Shown here one piece after another: positions 15,856 to 24,845 of a stretch of DNA of 56,182 bases. The notes below the pieces were generated by a model, which did no database searches, had not been told where the DNA came from, and worked only from the letters and a program-made list of their open reading frames with translations. This DNA comes from a virus (taxonomy: Duplodnaviria > Caudoviricetes). Each line of letters opens with the position of its first letter. Position 1 is the first letter of the stretch. Position numbers and translations under genes: made by a program. The DNA is taken from IMG/VR virus record IMGVR_UViG_3300024265_000058, positions 1 to 56,182 of that record; one strand, 5' to 3'.

Positions 15856-16431
15856 TCGGCCGCTGGAAATCGCGCAAAAATAAAAAACGTGCCCGCGGCA
15901 AGCGGTCATTTATCAAGTCGGAGGCCGGCAGTGGTCGCATGAAGGCGCCGCGGCCGGAATTGAGCGCCGTGGGCAAGGCGCTGCAAAAAATTGCCCGGAG
16001 GGGAGATCGCGGTGCGTAGGGGGATTTATGAAATATTCACGACGACGCTGGCTGGACCGGAATGGGTGGAACAATTTGAGGGCTCGCGCTCCGAAGCTCG
16101 CGCTCATTGCCGAGCGCTTGACACGAAAAAAGACGGCGACCGACGACGCGGGCAGACCTCAACCCCGCGCTTTGTCAGGTATCTCTGAGCGGGAGTTTCA
16201 GAAGGCTGCCCGGACTCTCAGGCTTGGCGGCCTGCCGCCTGAGCCGGTTGTTGCCGAGCTTATCGAGCGGTGGGAGCGTGAGGATTTCGAGGACTGCCTG
16301 CCGCCGTGGCATCGCATGAATCTGTGGCGCCGCCGCGCCCACTGGGAGCGAGATTACGTTTTTCGCTTCTGAGGGCGTATAGTCGGCCCGGACATTCCTA
16401 AGCACCGATAACAAGCAGTTAGGAGACTTCA

Positions 16432-16959
16432 ATGGGCGCACCGCAAATTTTAACGAGTATTCATGGCCGGCTTTTCGGAATCGGTCCCAAAGGCGAGATG
16501 ATCGTCAATTCAACCGCCGGCAATTTGGAAAATGCGCAGGCGGTGGTCAACGCCGTCGAGCGAGTGACCATAGCCAATGCCTTGGTACTGGCACTCAACG
16601 CCACGCCGTTTGAGATAGTGCCGTCACCGGGGCCCGGTAAAACGCTGATCGCAAACAGGATTGTGGCCTCAAAGGCGGCTGGTACGGCGTTCGCCGCTGG
16701 CGCGGGCGAGGACCTGGCCGTGCAGTCTGAGGGTGGTGGCGTGGTTTTTGCTGCCATCGATTCGGCCAGTTTCTTGGATTCGGCGCTTGACGAGATTCGC
16801 TTTGGCGACCGCGTCCCGGTCAATCCCGAGGTACTGGATGTGACGGCGCTGCAGGATTTGGCGCTCGAGGTAACGATACTGGTGGGCGAGGTCATCACGG
16901 GTGATTCGGACCTGATCGTGGAGGTCCATTACCAGACGTTTGACGACCTGCTCAGCTAA
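16432..16959 (+). CDS. Hypothetical beta-rich protein, putative virion component
   Basis: Strong SD AGGAGA; acidic, V/A/G-rich; followed by a terminator. Confidence 0.75.
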   Translation: MGAPQILTSIHGRLFGIGPKGEMIVNSTAGNLENAQAVVNAVERVTIANALVLALNATPFEIVPSPGPGKTLIANRIVASKAAGTAFAAGAGEDLAVQSEGGGVVFAAIDSASFLDSALDEIRFGDRVPVNPEVLDVTALQDLALEVTILVGEVITGDSDLIVEVHYQTFDDLLS

Positions 16960-16978
16960 AAGAGCACGTTCCTGATTG

Positions 16979-17020
16979 GGGTGGGTTGCGCCGTTGATTT
17001 CGTGACTCACCCATTTTTTT
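16979..17020 (+). terminator. Intrinsic terminator
   Basis: GGGTGGGTTGCG/CGTGACTCACCC stem (with G-U pairs) followed by ATTTTTTT. Confidence 0.6.
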
Positions 17021-17039
17021 GGAGTGATCGGATCACACC

Positions 17040-17183
17040 ATGCCCGAGGACAGCTTTTTGTGGGGTCAGTATCGCTGGAACACAGCCGACTGGCCCTCGC
17101 GCCTGACTTTCGTCGCATCCGGCACCCTGCCGGCCGATTGCGTCATCACCGAGGTCAAGCAGCAGGTAGCAAACGATGAGTAG
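17040..17183 (+). CDS. 47-aa hypothetical protein (not in ORF track)
   Basis: MPEDSFLWGQYRWN...; overlaps the terL start. Confidence 0.4.
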   Translation: MPEDSFLWGQYRWNTADWPSRLTFVASGTLPADCVITEVKQQVANDE

Positions 17184-18771
17184 AGAATCGGCGCTCATTG
17201 ACGACCTGATGGAAAAATATCTGGCGCTGCCGGATGAACAGCGCGCCGAGCTCGATCAGTATGTCGAGGATGAGTCCAAGGGGCATTTGTGGTTTCCCAC
17301 GGTCGGCCCGCAGCTCAATGCGGTGGACTGTCAGGCCGACATTCTGCTGTACGGCGGTGAGGCCGCTGGCGGCAAAACCGACCTGATACTGGGCTGCGCA
17401 TTCGAGCACCATCAGCGCACCCTGATAATCCGCAAGCACTATGTAGATCTGACCGCGCTGACTGACCGCGCCAAGGAAATCAACGGCACCGACAAGGGCT
17501 ACAAGGGCTCGATCCCGCCACGGCTAAAAACGGTCAATGGCAAGATCATCGATTTCGGCGGTCTGGCTCAGCTCGGTGACGAGAATCACTGGCAGGGTCA
17601 GCCGCACGATCTCCTGGCCGTCGATGAAGTGGTGCAAAATCGCGAGGCGCAGATTCGATTCCTGATGGGCTGGCTCAGGACCACCGATCCGGGCCAGCGC
17701 TGCCGCGCCATATTCGCCTCAAACCCGCCGACTGACCCGAGCGGCGACTGGATTATCCCGATGTTTGCGCCGTGGCTCGATCCACGGCACCCGGACCCGG
17801 CCGCTCACGGCGAGCTCAGGTGGTGCGTCTCGGACGCCGATGGCAAGGATTTATGGGTCGATGGGCCTAATCCCATTGAGATCAACGGCAAGGTGCAGCG
17901 GCCGATGTCGCGCACCTTTATCCCGGCGCACCTGTCTGACAATCCGTTTCTTGCAAAAACCGGCTATGCCGCGCAGCTCGATGCGCTGCCTGAGCCGCTC
18001 AGGTCCGCAATCCGCGACGGCAATTTCATGGCCGCACGGCAGGATCAGGCCGACCAGCTCATCCCGACTGAATGGGTACGCCGTGCTCAGGCCCGCTGGC
18101 AGTCGCTCCCGCCCTACGGGGTGCCGATGTGCGCAATCGGCGTCGATGCGGCACGGCAAAAGGACAAAACGGTGCTGGCACCGCGTCACGATGGCTGGTA
18201 TGCGCCGCTGATCGCGGTGCCCGGACATGAGACGCCGCACGGCACCGATGTCGCAGCGCTGGTGGTCAAGCACCGCCGGCATGAGGCGGTGGTCATTTTC
18301 GACTGTGGCGAGACAAACGGCGCGCAGGCCTATGCGCACTGCAAGGAAAACGGCATCGAGGTCAGGCGCCATATCGGCATGGACAAGTCCAGCAGCCGCA
18401 CCGCGGAGCGCCAGCTCAGCTTTTTCAACAAACGATCCGAGGTCTTGTGGCGATTCCGCGAGGCGCTCGATCCGGGGCAGGATGGCGGCTCACCGATAGC
18501 GCTGCCGGATGACCCGGAGCTGATTTCCGATTTGACCGCACCGCGCTGGACCCTGACGCCAAACGGCATCAAGGCCACCAATAAGGCCGATGTCATCAAG
18601 ATGCTTGGACGCAGTCCAGACAAGGGCGATGCGGTGGTCATGGCCTGGGTGGCAGGGCCGAAAGCGCAGACACATCTGCAGGAATGGCGGCCCGATCAGC
18701 GAGTTGGTAAGATTCCGGGCGGCGGCAAGAAAAACCCGGTGGTGAACATGGGATCAAGGAGACGGAAATGA
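17176..18771 (+). CDS. Terminase large subunit
   Basis: LLYGGEAAGGKT Walker A, VDE Walker B, SNP, FIPA.L.DNPFL, IGVD and SPD.GD nuclease motifs. Confidence 0.95.
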   Translation: MSRESALIDDLMEKYLALPDEQRAELDQYVEDESKGHLWFPTVGPQLNAVDCQADILLYGGEAAGGKTDLILGCAFEHHQRTLIIRKHYVDLTALTDRAKEINGTDKGYKGSIPPRLKTVNGKIIDFGGLAQLGDENHWQGQPHDLLAVDEVVQNREAQIRFLMGWLRTTDPGQRCRAIFASNPPTDPSGDWIIPMFAPWLDPRHPDPAAHGELRWCVSDADGKDLWVDGPNPIEINGKVQRPMSRTFIPAHLSDNPFLAKTGYAAQLDALPEPLRSAIRDGNFMAARQDQADQLIPTEWVRRAQARWQSLPPYGVPMCAIGVDAARQKDKTVLAPRHDGWYAPLIAVPGHETPHGTDVAALVVKHRRHEAVVIFDCGETNGAQAYAHCKENGIEVRRHIGMDKSSSRTAERQLSFFNKRSEVLWRFREALDPGQDGGSPIALPDDPELISDLTAPRWTLTPNGIKATNKADVIKMLGRSPDKGDAVVMAWVAGPKAQTHLQEWRPDQRVGKIPGGGKKNPVVNMGSRRRK

Positions 18772-19004
18772 GCGGATTGAAAAATACCGGCAAACGGATG
18801 ATGAGTTTCTCCAAGGGCAAGGGCTACAGCACCGGCGCCGAGCGCCAAGCCAAGGCCGATGCCGCCGAGAAAGGCAGGCTGGACGCTATTTATCAAGGCG
18901 CCGATTTGCCTGACCCGGAGGAGGGTCGCCGCAGGGCACGTAGGAAACAGGCCGCGAAGCGCGGCAGCCGTGCTCAATCTGTCCTGACCGATCAACTGGG
19001 ATAA
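18768..19004 (+). CDS. Small basic virion protein, T7 gp7.3-like
   Basis: Lies immediately before the portal; basic; ends GSRAQSVLT. Confidence 0.6.
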   Translation: MSGLKNTGKRMMSFSKGKGYSTGAERQAKADAAEKGRLDAIYQGADLPDPEEGRRRARRKQAAKRGSRAQSVLTDQLG

Positions 19005-19009
19005 GGCCG

Positions 19010-20665
19010 ATGAGGCCACGCGAGCTCATTGAACGTGCCACGGGCATGTTTAACGTCCGAAAGGCGATCACTACGCTGTGGCAGGAAATTGCCGAGCATT
19101 TTTACCCGCAGCGCGCTGACTTCACGCTGACCCGCTATATCGGTGAGGAGTTTGCCGAGCAGCTCTATTCGAGCTATCCGCTGATTGTGCATCGCGAGCT
19201 CTCGAGTGCCTTCGCCGCCATGCTCAGGCCGCGGCGTAAGGACTGGTTTGGCATCACCGTCGATGACGAGGACCAGCTCGCCAAGGGCTCCAAGGAGTGG
19301 CTCGAGTGGGCCACCAAGCGCATGAAATTCGCCATGTATGACCGCAAGGCGAATTTCGTCCGCGCAACCACTGAGGGCGATGCCGACTTTGCGGCCTTCG
19401 GCCAGTGCTGCATCACCCGCGAGATCAACTGGGCCGCTGAGCACCCGCACTTGGTCTATCGCACATGGCATCTCAGGGATGTGGCCTGGGACGAGATGGC
19501 CGATGGCTCGGTCGGTGAAATCTATATCAAGTGGAAACCGACGATTAAGCAGCTCAAGCAGCAATTCGGTGAGGATGCGCTGCACCCGAATCAGCAGGGC
19601 ATGAAGGACGATTACCGCACCGACACCTACATCCAGCCCAATTACATGCGGGCAGCGCTTTCCACCGATGTCTACGAGGGCCAGAATGGCGAGGGCAAGG
19701 GCTATCCGTGGGTGCTGGTGTACATGGACACCCTCAACAATCACATCATTCACGAAATGGGCACGTTCTCGCACGGCATCACCCTGCCGAGATGGCAGAC
19801 CGTATCCGGCTCCCAGTATTCCTACTCCCCTGCCACTGTTGCCGGGTTGCCGGATGCGCGTCTGTTGCAGGCGATGACTGTGACCCTGCTCGAGGCCGGC
19901 GAGATGTCGGTGCGCCCGCCGATGATCGCCACGCAGGATGTGATCCGATCCGATGTGCAGCTATATGCCGGCGGCATCACCTGGGCCGACGCTGAATACG
20001 ACGAGCGCAAGGGCGATGTATTGCGCCCGCTCAATCAGGACCGCTCAGGCCTGCCGATGGGCTACGGCGAGCACGATCAGCAGATGCAGATGCTTGCCAG
20101 CGCTTTCTACCTGAACAAACTGACGCTGCCGCCGCCCGAGGGCGATATGACGGCATTCGAGGTCGGCCAGCGGGTCGAGGAGTACGTCAGGGCCGCGTTG
20201 CCACTATTCGAGCCGATGGAGCACGAATACAACGGCCAGCTCTGCGAGGACACGTTCGATGCGCTGCTCAGGACCGGCAGCTTCGGCGCACCGCAGGATA
20301 TCCCGCGTGAGCTGCAGGGCAGGGATGTCCATTTCCGCTTTATTTCACCACTGCATGAGGCCATCGAGCGCAAGAATGCCAGCGAATTCCTCGAGTCTGC
20401 CGATCTCATTGAGCGCGCAATGGCACTCGATCCGACTGCTGGCGCGAACTTCGATGTCTCCAGCTCACTCAGGGCTGCACTCGAGGGCATAGGCCTCGAG
20501 CAGCGCCACATTCGCTCCGAGGAGGATGTCGAGAGAATGGTCGAGCAGGCCCAAGCGCAGGCTCAGGCACAGCAGGAGGCCGAGCTTGCCGCAACTGCCG
20601 GCGGCGCGGTCAAGGATTTTGCGGCCGCCGAGGAATCTGCCGGCGCCGGTGCGAGTCCGTTTTAG
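19010..20665 (+). CDS. Portal / head-to-tail connector (T7-like)
   Basis: WQEIAE..YP, WF.I, D..AFG, PRW....YS.SP, MTAFEV.QR.EE and FISPL motifs; 551 aa. Confidence 0.93.
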   Translation: MRPRELIERATGMFNVRKAITTLWQEIAEHFYPQRADFTLTRYIGEEFAEQLYSSYPLIVHRELSSAFAAMLRPRRKDWFGITVDDEDQLAKGSKEWLEWATKRMKFAMYDRKANFVRATTEGDADFAAFGQCCITREINWAAEHPHLVYRTWHLRDVAWDEMADGSVGEIYIKWKPTIKQLKQQFGEDALHPNQQGMKDDYRTDTYIQPNYMRAALSTDVYEGQNGEGKGYPWVLVYMDTLNNHIIHEMGTFSHGITLPRWQTVSGSQYSYSPATVAGLPDARLLQAMTVTLLEAGEMSVRPPMIATQDVIRSDVQLYAGGITWADAEYDERKGDVLRPLNQDRSGLPMGYGEHDQQMQMLASAFYLNKLTLPPPEGDMTAFEVGQRVEEYVRAALPLFEPMEHEYNGQLCEDTFDALLRTGSFGAPQDIPRELQGRDVHFRFISPLHEAIERKNASEFLESADLIERAMALDPTAGANFDVSSSLRAALEGIGLEQRHIRSEEDVERMVEQAQAQAQAQQEAELAATAGGAVKDFAAAEESAGAGASPF

Positions 20666-20667
20666 TT

Positions 20668-21039
20668 ATGCTCAGGGAGAAAATTGAGGAATGCCTACCG
20701 CACAAGGATCCGCTGGAGCGCCCCGATTACATCGAGGCCGAAGTACAGGCATTGAGGGCGGTGCATCGCGGCGATGCAAACGACCGCCAGCAGCGCATGG
20801 TGCTGGATTTCCTGATGCGGGCTTTCGGCACTCACGATATTTCATTCCGGCCGGCAGGCGAACACCTGACGGCTTTTGCAGAAGGCAAGCGATTCTGTGG
20901 AACTACGATAGTATGGATGCTCAAGGCAGCCCCGGTCAGGACTGACCCCGACAAAATAGCAACCAGAAAGGTAGAAGAACATGGCACCAGAACCAAGCAG
21001 CCCACCAGCAAACGACCCGCCAGCAAACATTCTAAGTGA
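20668..21039 (+). CDS. Conserved post-portal protein (Bbp19-like)
   Basis: SFRP....TAFAEGKRF.G..I motif; synteny. Confidence 0.75.
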   Translation: MLREKIEECLPHKDPLERPDYIEAEVQALRAVHRGDANDRQQRMVLDFLMRAFGTHDISFRPAGEHLTAFAEGKRFCGTTIVWMLKAAPVRTDPDKIATRKVEEHGTRTKQPTSKRPASKHSK

Positions 21040-21925
21040 TGACGGCGGCCCGACCTGGCAGGAAACAATGGCCGGCGATAACCTCGAGCGGCTCGAGTCC
21101 CTGAACGCGCATGAAAGCACTGATGCGTTTTTCGAGCACTACGATGGCATGGTCAATCGAAACTGGCGCGACGAGTACGCTGGCGACGATGACAAATTCA
21201 AGTCCACGCTGGAGCGCTTTAACTCGCCCGAGGACATGGGCAAAGCGTATCGCGAGGCGCAGGCGTCCCGCCGTTCGCAGCACCAGCATCCGGGCCCGGA
21301 TGCGTCCGAGGCTGATGTGGCCGCATTTCGCGATGCCAACAACCTGCCGGCCGAGCCCGCCGGCTACATGGATGACCTGCCTGATGGCCTCGTCGTCGGT
21401 GAGGAGGATCGCGAGCTCATGGGCGATTTCATGGGTGTGCTGCATGGCCTGAATGTGCCCCGCGAAGTTGGCCATGCGGTGATCGACTGGTACAACCAGT
21501 TCTCTGAGCAGGCGCAGGACGACCTGGCCGATAATGATTCGGCGCACCATCAGGAAACCGAGGATGCGCTCAGGCAGACATGGTCCGGTGATTATCGCGC
21601 CAATATCAACCTGATCGGATCACTGCTCGACTCGACATTTGGCGCCGAGGGCAAGGAGGTCATTCTGAATGCGCGTGACCCGGACGGCCGCGCCATCATG
21701 AATATACCGGGCGTCCTCGAGGGCCTTGCGGAGCTGTCGCGCAAGATCAATCCGGTGGCGCAGCTCGCACCGAGCGGTGGTGATCCGGCGCAAACCCTGA
21801 ACTCAGAAATCGCGGAGCTGGAAAAATACATGCGCTCTGACCGCAAGGGTTACAATAACGACGAGCCGGCGCAGGCGCGGCTCAGGCAGTTGTACGATAT
21901 CCGCATCAAGCATGAGGCAGCATAA
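20981..21925 (+). CDS. Capsid scaffolding protein
   Basis: Acidic and helical; F.SPEDM.KAY.EA, LRQTW.GDY..N; lies between portal and capsid. Confidence 0.8.
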   Translation: MAPEPSSPPANDPPANILSDDGGPTWQETMAGDNLERLESLNAHESTDAFFEHYDGMVNRNWRDEYAGDDDKFKSTLERFNSPEDMGKAYREAQASRRSQHQHPGPDASEADVAAFRDANNLPAEPAGYMDDLPDGLVVGEEDRELMGDFMGVLHGLNVPREVGHAVIDWYNQFSEQAQDDLADNDSAHHQETEDALRQTWSGDYRANINLIGSLLDSTFGAEGKEVILNARDPDGRAIMNIPGVLEGLAELSRKINPVAQLAPSGGDPAQTLNSEIAELEKYMRSDRKGYNNDEPAQARLRQLYDIRIKHEAA

Positions 21926-21935
21926 GGAGATTGCG

Positions 21936-22187
21936 ATGGGTAGCCTTTTCAAAGGCAGTGGCGCTATCGGCAAGGCGTTCGCACGGGCGAGGACGGCGCA
22001 GCAAGGCTCACAGCCGCATACCGGCATCGATCCGGCAGCTCCCGGAGTGGATCGATCACAGCTACCCGCCGAAGCGGGCAGCATCGATGACAATACTGAG
22101 GGCCGTCGCCGGCGTGGCCGGGGGCAGGGCTTGGGCGGTCGAAGGAAAGGCCTGGGTGCGCAATCGGTTCTGACGAGCACCTACTGA
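21936..22187 (+). CDS. Small basic protein, gp7.3-like paralog
   Basis: SD AAGGAGA; MGSLF...RRRRGRG...GAQSVLT. Confidence 0.7.
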   Translation: MGSLFKGSGAIGKAFARARTAQQGSQPHTGIDPAAPGVDRSQLPAEAGSIDDNTEGRRRRGRGQGLGGRRKGLGAQSVLTSTY

Positions 22188-22363
22188 TGAGCGGCCTGTT
22201 CGGAGCAAAATCGCCCTCTGCCAGCTTCAATCTGTGGCAGTCCAGTAAGGGCAAAAAGAAGCAGTTGCCGGCAGGCGTGGTGAGTCAGACAGCACTGCCG
22301 CCGGGGCCGCCAAGAGCCCGGACGCCAATGACACCGCCAAAACACCGCGTCGATTATGGCTGA
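22187..22363 (+). CDS. 58-aa basic Pro-rich protein (not in ORF track)
   Basis: MSGLFGAKSP...; TGATG coupling. Confidence 0.6.
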   Translation: MSGLFGAKSPSASFNLWQSSKGKKKQLPAGVVSQTALPPGPPRARTPMTPPKHRVDYG

Positions 22364-22679
22364 GACATCCTTTCAGACGCATTACCGAGGGAGTAGGAAA
22401 ATGCCTTATCACAATTCACCAGCCGATCCCGGCATCAAGAAAGCCATGATGGGTGGCCACTCGCAATCGGTGACGGCCAACTATTCCGGCAGCACACCGC
22501 AGGGCGACAAATTCAACACCAAGGGCGGCATGAAGGTCATCAAGGATGCCGGCATGGGCCACAGCTACGGCTCAAACAGGGTCGCCTCGAGCCCGATGAT
22601 GAAATCCCCGAAAAAGTCGTGGAGATCGTCAGGCTCCAGATCGCGGCATAGTCGCTCGGAGTCAGGCGGCTCGTACTGA
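22356..22679 (+). CDS. Basic Ser/Gly-rich protein; the long form starts with a capsid-like N-terminus, alternative start at 22401
   Basis: MAETSFQTHYR...; second ATG at 22401 preceded by GAGGGAGTAGGA. Confidence 0.6.
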   Translation: MAETSFQTHYRGSRKMPYHNSPADPGIKKAMMGGHSQSVTANYSGSTPQGDKFNTKGGMKVIKDAGMGHSYGSNRVASSPMMKSPKKSWRSSGSRSRHSRSESGGSY

Positions 22680-22843
22680 TGCCGTTCAAGAAGGTCAAGG
22701 GCGGTGGCTACAAGTCACCGTCAGGCCGCAAGTTCACGCGCCGTCAGGTGGCGCGCTACTACGCCACTGGCGGTTTCAAGAAGCGTAAGGCCACGACTGG
22801 CGGCACCAAGCATGTGATTTCATCACAGGGCCTTGGTGCCTGA
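22679..22843 (+). CDS. 54-aa highly basic protein (not in ORF track)
   Basis: MPFKKVKGGGYKSPSGRKFTRRQVARYYATGGFKKRK...; TGATG coupling at both ends. Confidence 0.7.
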   Translation: MPFKKVKGGGYKSPSGRKFTRRQVARYYATGGFKKRKATTGGTKHVISSQGLGA

Positions 22844-23442
22844 TGGCCCGGATGCCGCTATTCACCGATCAGGCACCGGGCGGCATCTCAGCAAAACAGC
22901 CCAAGCCCAAGGGCACCCTCAAGGAGCGGCTCCTCGCCTCGGTGTCAATCGCACCGCCGGAAACCGTCGCGCAATTCAATTTCGTCAATCCAGATACAGG
23001 CGCGGAAAACTGGGGCGATGTAATGCGCGGTGAGGATCGCATCGATCCACCGGACGACCGGCCGCAAGTGTTTATCAACGACAAGGCATTCGAGGCTGCT
23101 GGTGCAGGGCCGAATTACCGCGAAAAAGTGATACTGGGCGAGTCCCTGCACAACCTGAAAAACATCGATCCTGAGCGCTATGACCGCATGGAAAAGGCTG
23201 CACTTTCCGATCCCGGCTACCGACACTGGGCCGAGGAGTCGGCGCTCCGCGAGGGCGTACACCCGGATAATTTCGATGAGTGGCACCGCCGCTCACGTTT
23301 CGATCAGGTGATCGGTGGCTGGCTGCAGGCCGGCGACACGGATATCCCGACCATGAGCAACTGGAGCCGCGACGATCTGCCATTCGGTGAGCCGCTCGAG
23401 GCTGAACTGAAAAAACTTGCCAATGATCTGGACATGCAGTAG
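22843..23442 (+). CDS. Hypothetical protein (degenerate zincin-like GESLH)
   Basis: 199-aa coupled ORF; VFIN...ILGESLH. Confidence 0.7.
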   Translation: MARMPLFTDQAPGGISAKQPKPKGTLKERLLASVSIAPPETVAQFNFVNPDTGAENWGDVMRGEDRIDPPDDRPQVFINDKAFEAAGAGPNYREKVILGESLHNLKNIDPERYDRMEKAALSDPGYRHWAEESALREGVHPDNFDEWHRRSRFDQVIGGWLQAGDTDIPTMSNWSRDDLPFGEPLEAELKKLANDLDMQ

Positions 23443-23459
23443 ATTTCGGACTCACCACA

Positions 23460-23565
23460 GGCCAGCTAACCTCGCAAGAGCCCTGGCCGCCCAGACCGGC
23501 CCCTCGCGGCACCGCCATCAGCCCCTTTAAGGCTAACCTGATGGCCCGCCAAACAGGCCAACCCG
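23460..23565 (+). promoter_or_regulatory. Structured capsid mRNA leader with a repeated asymmetric internal loop
   Basis: Hairpins at 23460-23488 and 23514-23545 share a CTAAC/CC internal loop. Confidence 0.6.
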
Positions 23566-23608
23566 ATTTAGTGGACACGGACTTTCCATCAAATTGGAGG
23601 ATAGCCTC

Positions 23609-24460
23609 ATGGCTGAAACTGCCTTTCAAATTCAATACCGGCAAGAGTTCATTGCAGGTTTTGAGCAGCTCCAGTCGCTCCTGCGTGATTGCGTCACAAC
23701 CGAAGCAGTCATTAAGGGCAACCAAGCGACGTTTTTGGTAGCTGATTCCGGCGGCGCGACCGCCAAGACCCGCGGCGTTAATGGTCTGATTCCCGCTCGC
23801 GGCGACAACCTTTCACAGCCCGTAGCGACCCTGATCGAATGGCACGATCTGGTTCGCAAAACGGATTTCAATATCTTCGCCTCGCAGGGCAACCAGCGAG
23901 CGATCATGCAGCAGACCTGCATGGGTGTCATCAATCGTAAAATCGATCAGGACATCATCGGGGAATTGAATACCGGCACGGTCAACACCGGCGTCAGCGT
24001 CACTGCTGACCTGGGCCTGACCCTTCGGGCGAAAACCATCCTCGGCAACAATGAAGTTCCGTGGGATTCCAACATCTGCATGCTGGTAACGCCGGCCTAT
24101 GAGGCGTTCATGATGCAGGTCCGGGAATTCTCCTCACGGGAATACATTGACGGTGGCCCCATGCGCAACGCTGATCCGGCGTGGCGTGACCGCCCCATCT
24201 CGTACTACTGGCTCAACATGATGTGGGTTGTGCATCCGAATTTACCGGGTGCTGGCACCAACGCCGAGAAATGTTTCTGCTTCCACAAGTCCGCGATTGG
24301 CCATGCTTATAACGCTGACAATCTGGAAGCTCGGGCCGGGTACGATGAGGAGCAGGATTACTCATGGTCCCGGTGTTCCATTTACATGGGCTCGCAAGTC
24401 CTCCAGAATAGTGGCATTGTGGTGATTAACCACGATGGCTCGAGTCTGGCAGCCGCATAA
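23609..24460 (+). CDS. Major capsid protein
   Basis: SD GGAGG; FQIQY...Q..S.LR..V, INRKIDQ.II, F.SREY, FHKSAIG, MGS.VLQ..GIV.I; follows the scaffold. Confidence 0.9.
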   Translation: MAETAFQIQYRQEFIAGFEQLQSLLRDCVTTEAVIKGNQATFLVADSGGATAKTRGVNGLIPARGDNLSQPVATLIEWHDLVRKTDFNIFASQGNQRAIMQQTCMGVINRKIDQDIIGELNTGTVNTGVSVTADLGLTLRAKTILGNNEVPWDSNICMLVTPAYEAFMMQVREFSSREYIDGGPMRNADPAWRDRPISYYWLNMMWVVHPNLPGAGTNAEKCFCFHKSAIGHAYNADNLEARAGYDEEQDYSWSRCSIYMGSQVLQNSGIVVINHDGSSLAAA

Positions 24461-24472
24461 GGGAGAGTTGAA

Positions 24473-24763
24473 ATGGCTTATGACACAAATTCGCTGAATA
24501 TCCAGCTCCCCCGCATGGGCGAGGGCGAGAATCTGGCAAATGCCGGGTTCACCGCGAACCAGTTCGTGTATCGCTCTGACGACGATTTCGCCACAGTGAT
24601 CGCGGCTGCGTACATCGATGACGGAGATGACAAGGGCATTCGCGTGAATGATTATGTCCTGGTCATCGATCAGAACACCCCGAATGCCCAGTGGGCGCTC
24701 GTCACGGTAGTAGATGTCTCCACGAATCCGCTCGGTGACGTAACGATGATCGCGTTCACGTAA
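24473..24763 (+). CDS. Putative capsid decoration protein
   Basis: Immediately after the capsid gene; YRSDD..ATV..A.Y motif. Confidence 0.65.
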   Translation: MAYDTNSLNIQLPRMGEGENLANAGFTANQFVYRSDDDFATVIAAAYIDDGDDKGIRVNDYVLVIDQNTPNAQWALVTVVDVSTNPLGDVTMIAFT

Positions 24764-24796
24764 TTGGCATAAGGAACTCGCTTAGGCGACAATGCG

Positions 24797-24830
24797 AGGG
24801 CAGGCTCATCTGGGCCTGCCCTTTCTTTGT
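24797..24830 (+). terminator. Intrinsic terminator after the capsid genes
   Basis: AGGGCAGGCTC-ATCT-GGGCCTGCCCT followed by TTCTTTGT. Confidence 0.75.
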
Positions 24831-24845
24831 TTGGAGAACCTAAAA

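Noticed and set aside
15856-16431. ORFs 15991-16188 and 16028-16372
   Set aside because: They overlap each other and have no recognisable motifs, so I cannot tell which, if either, is real.
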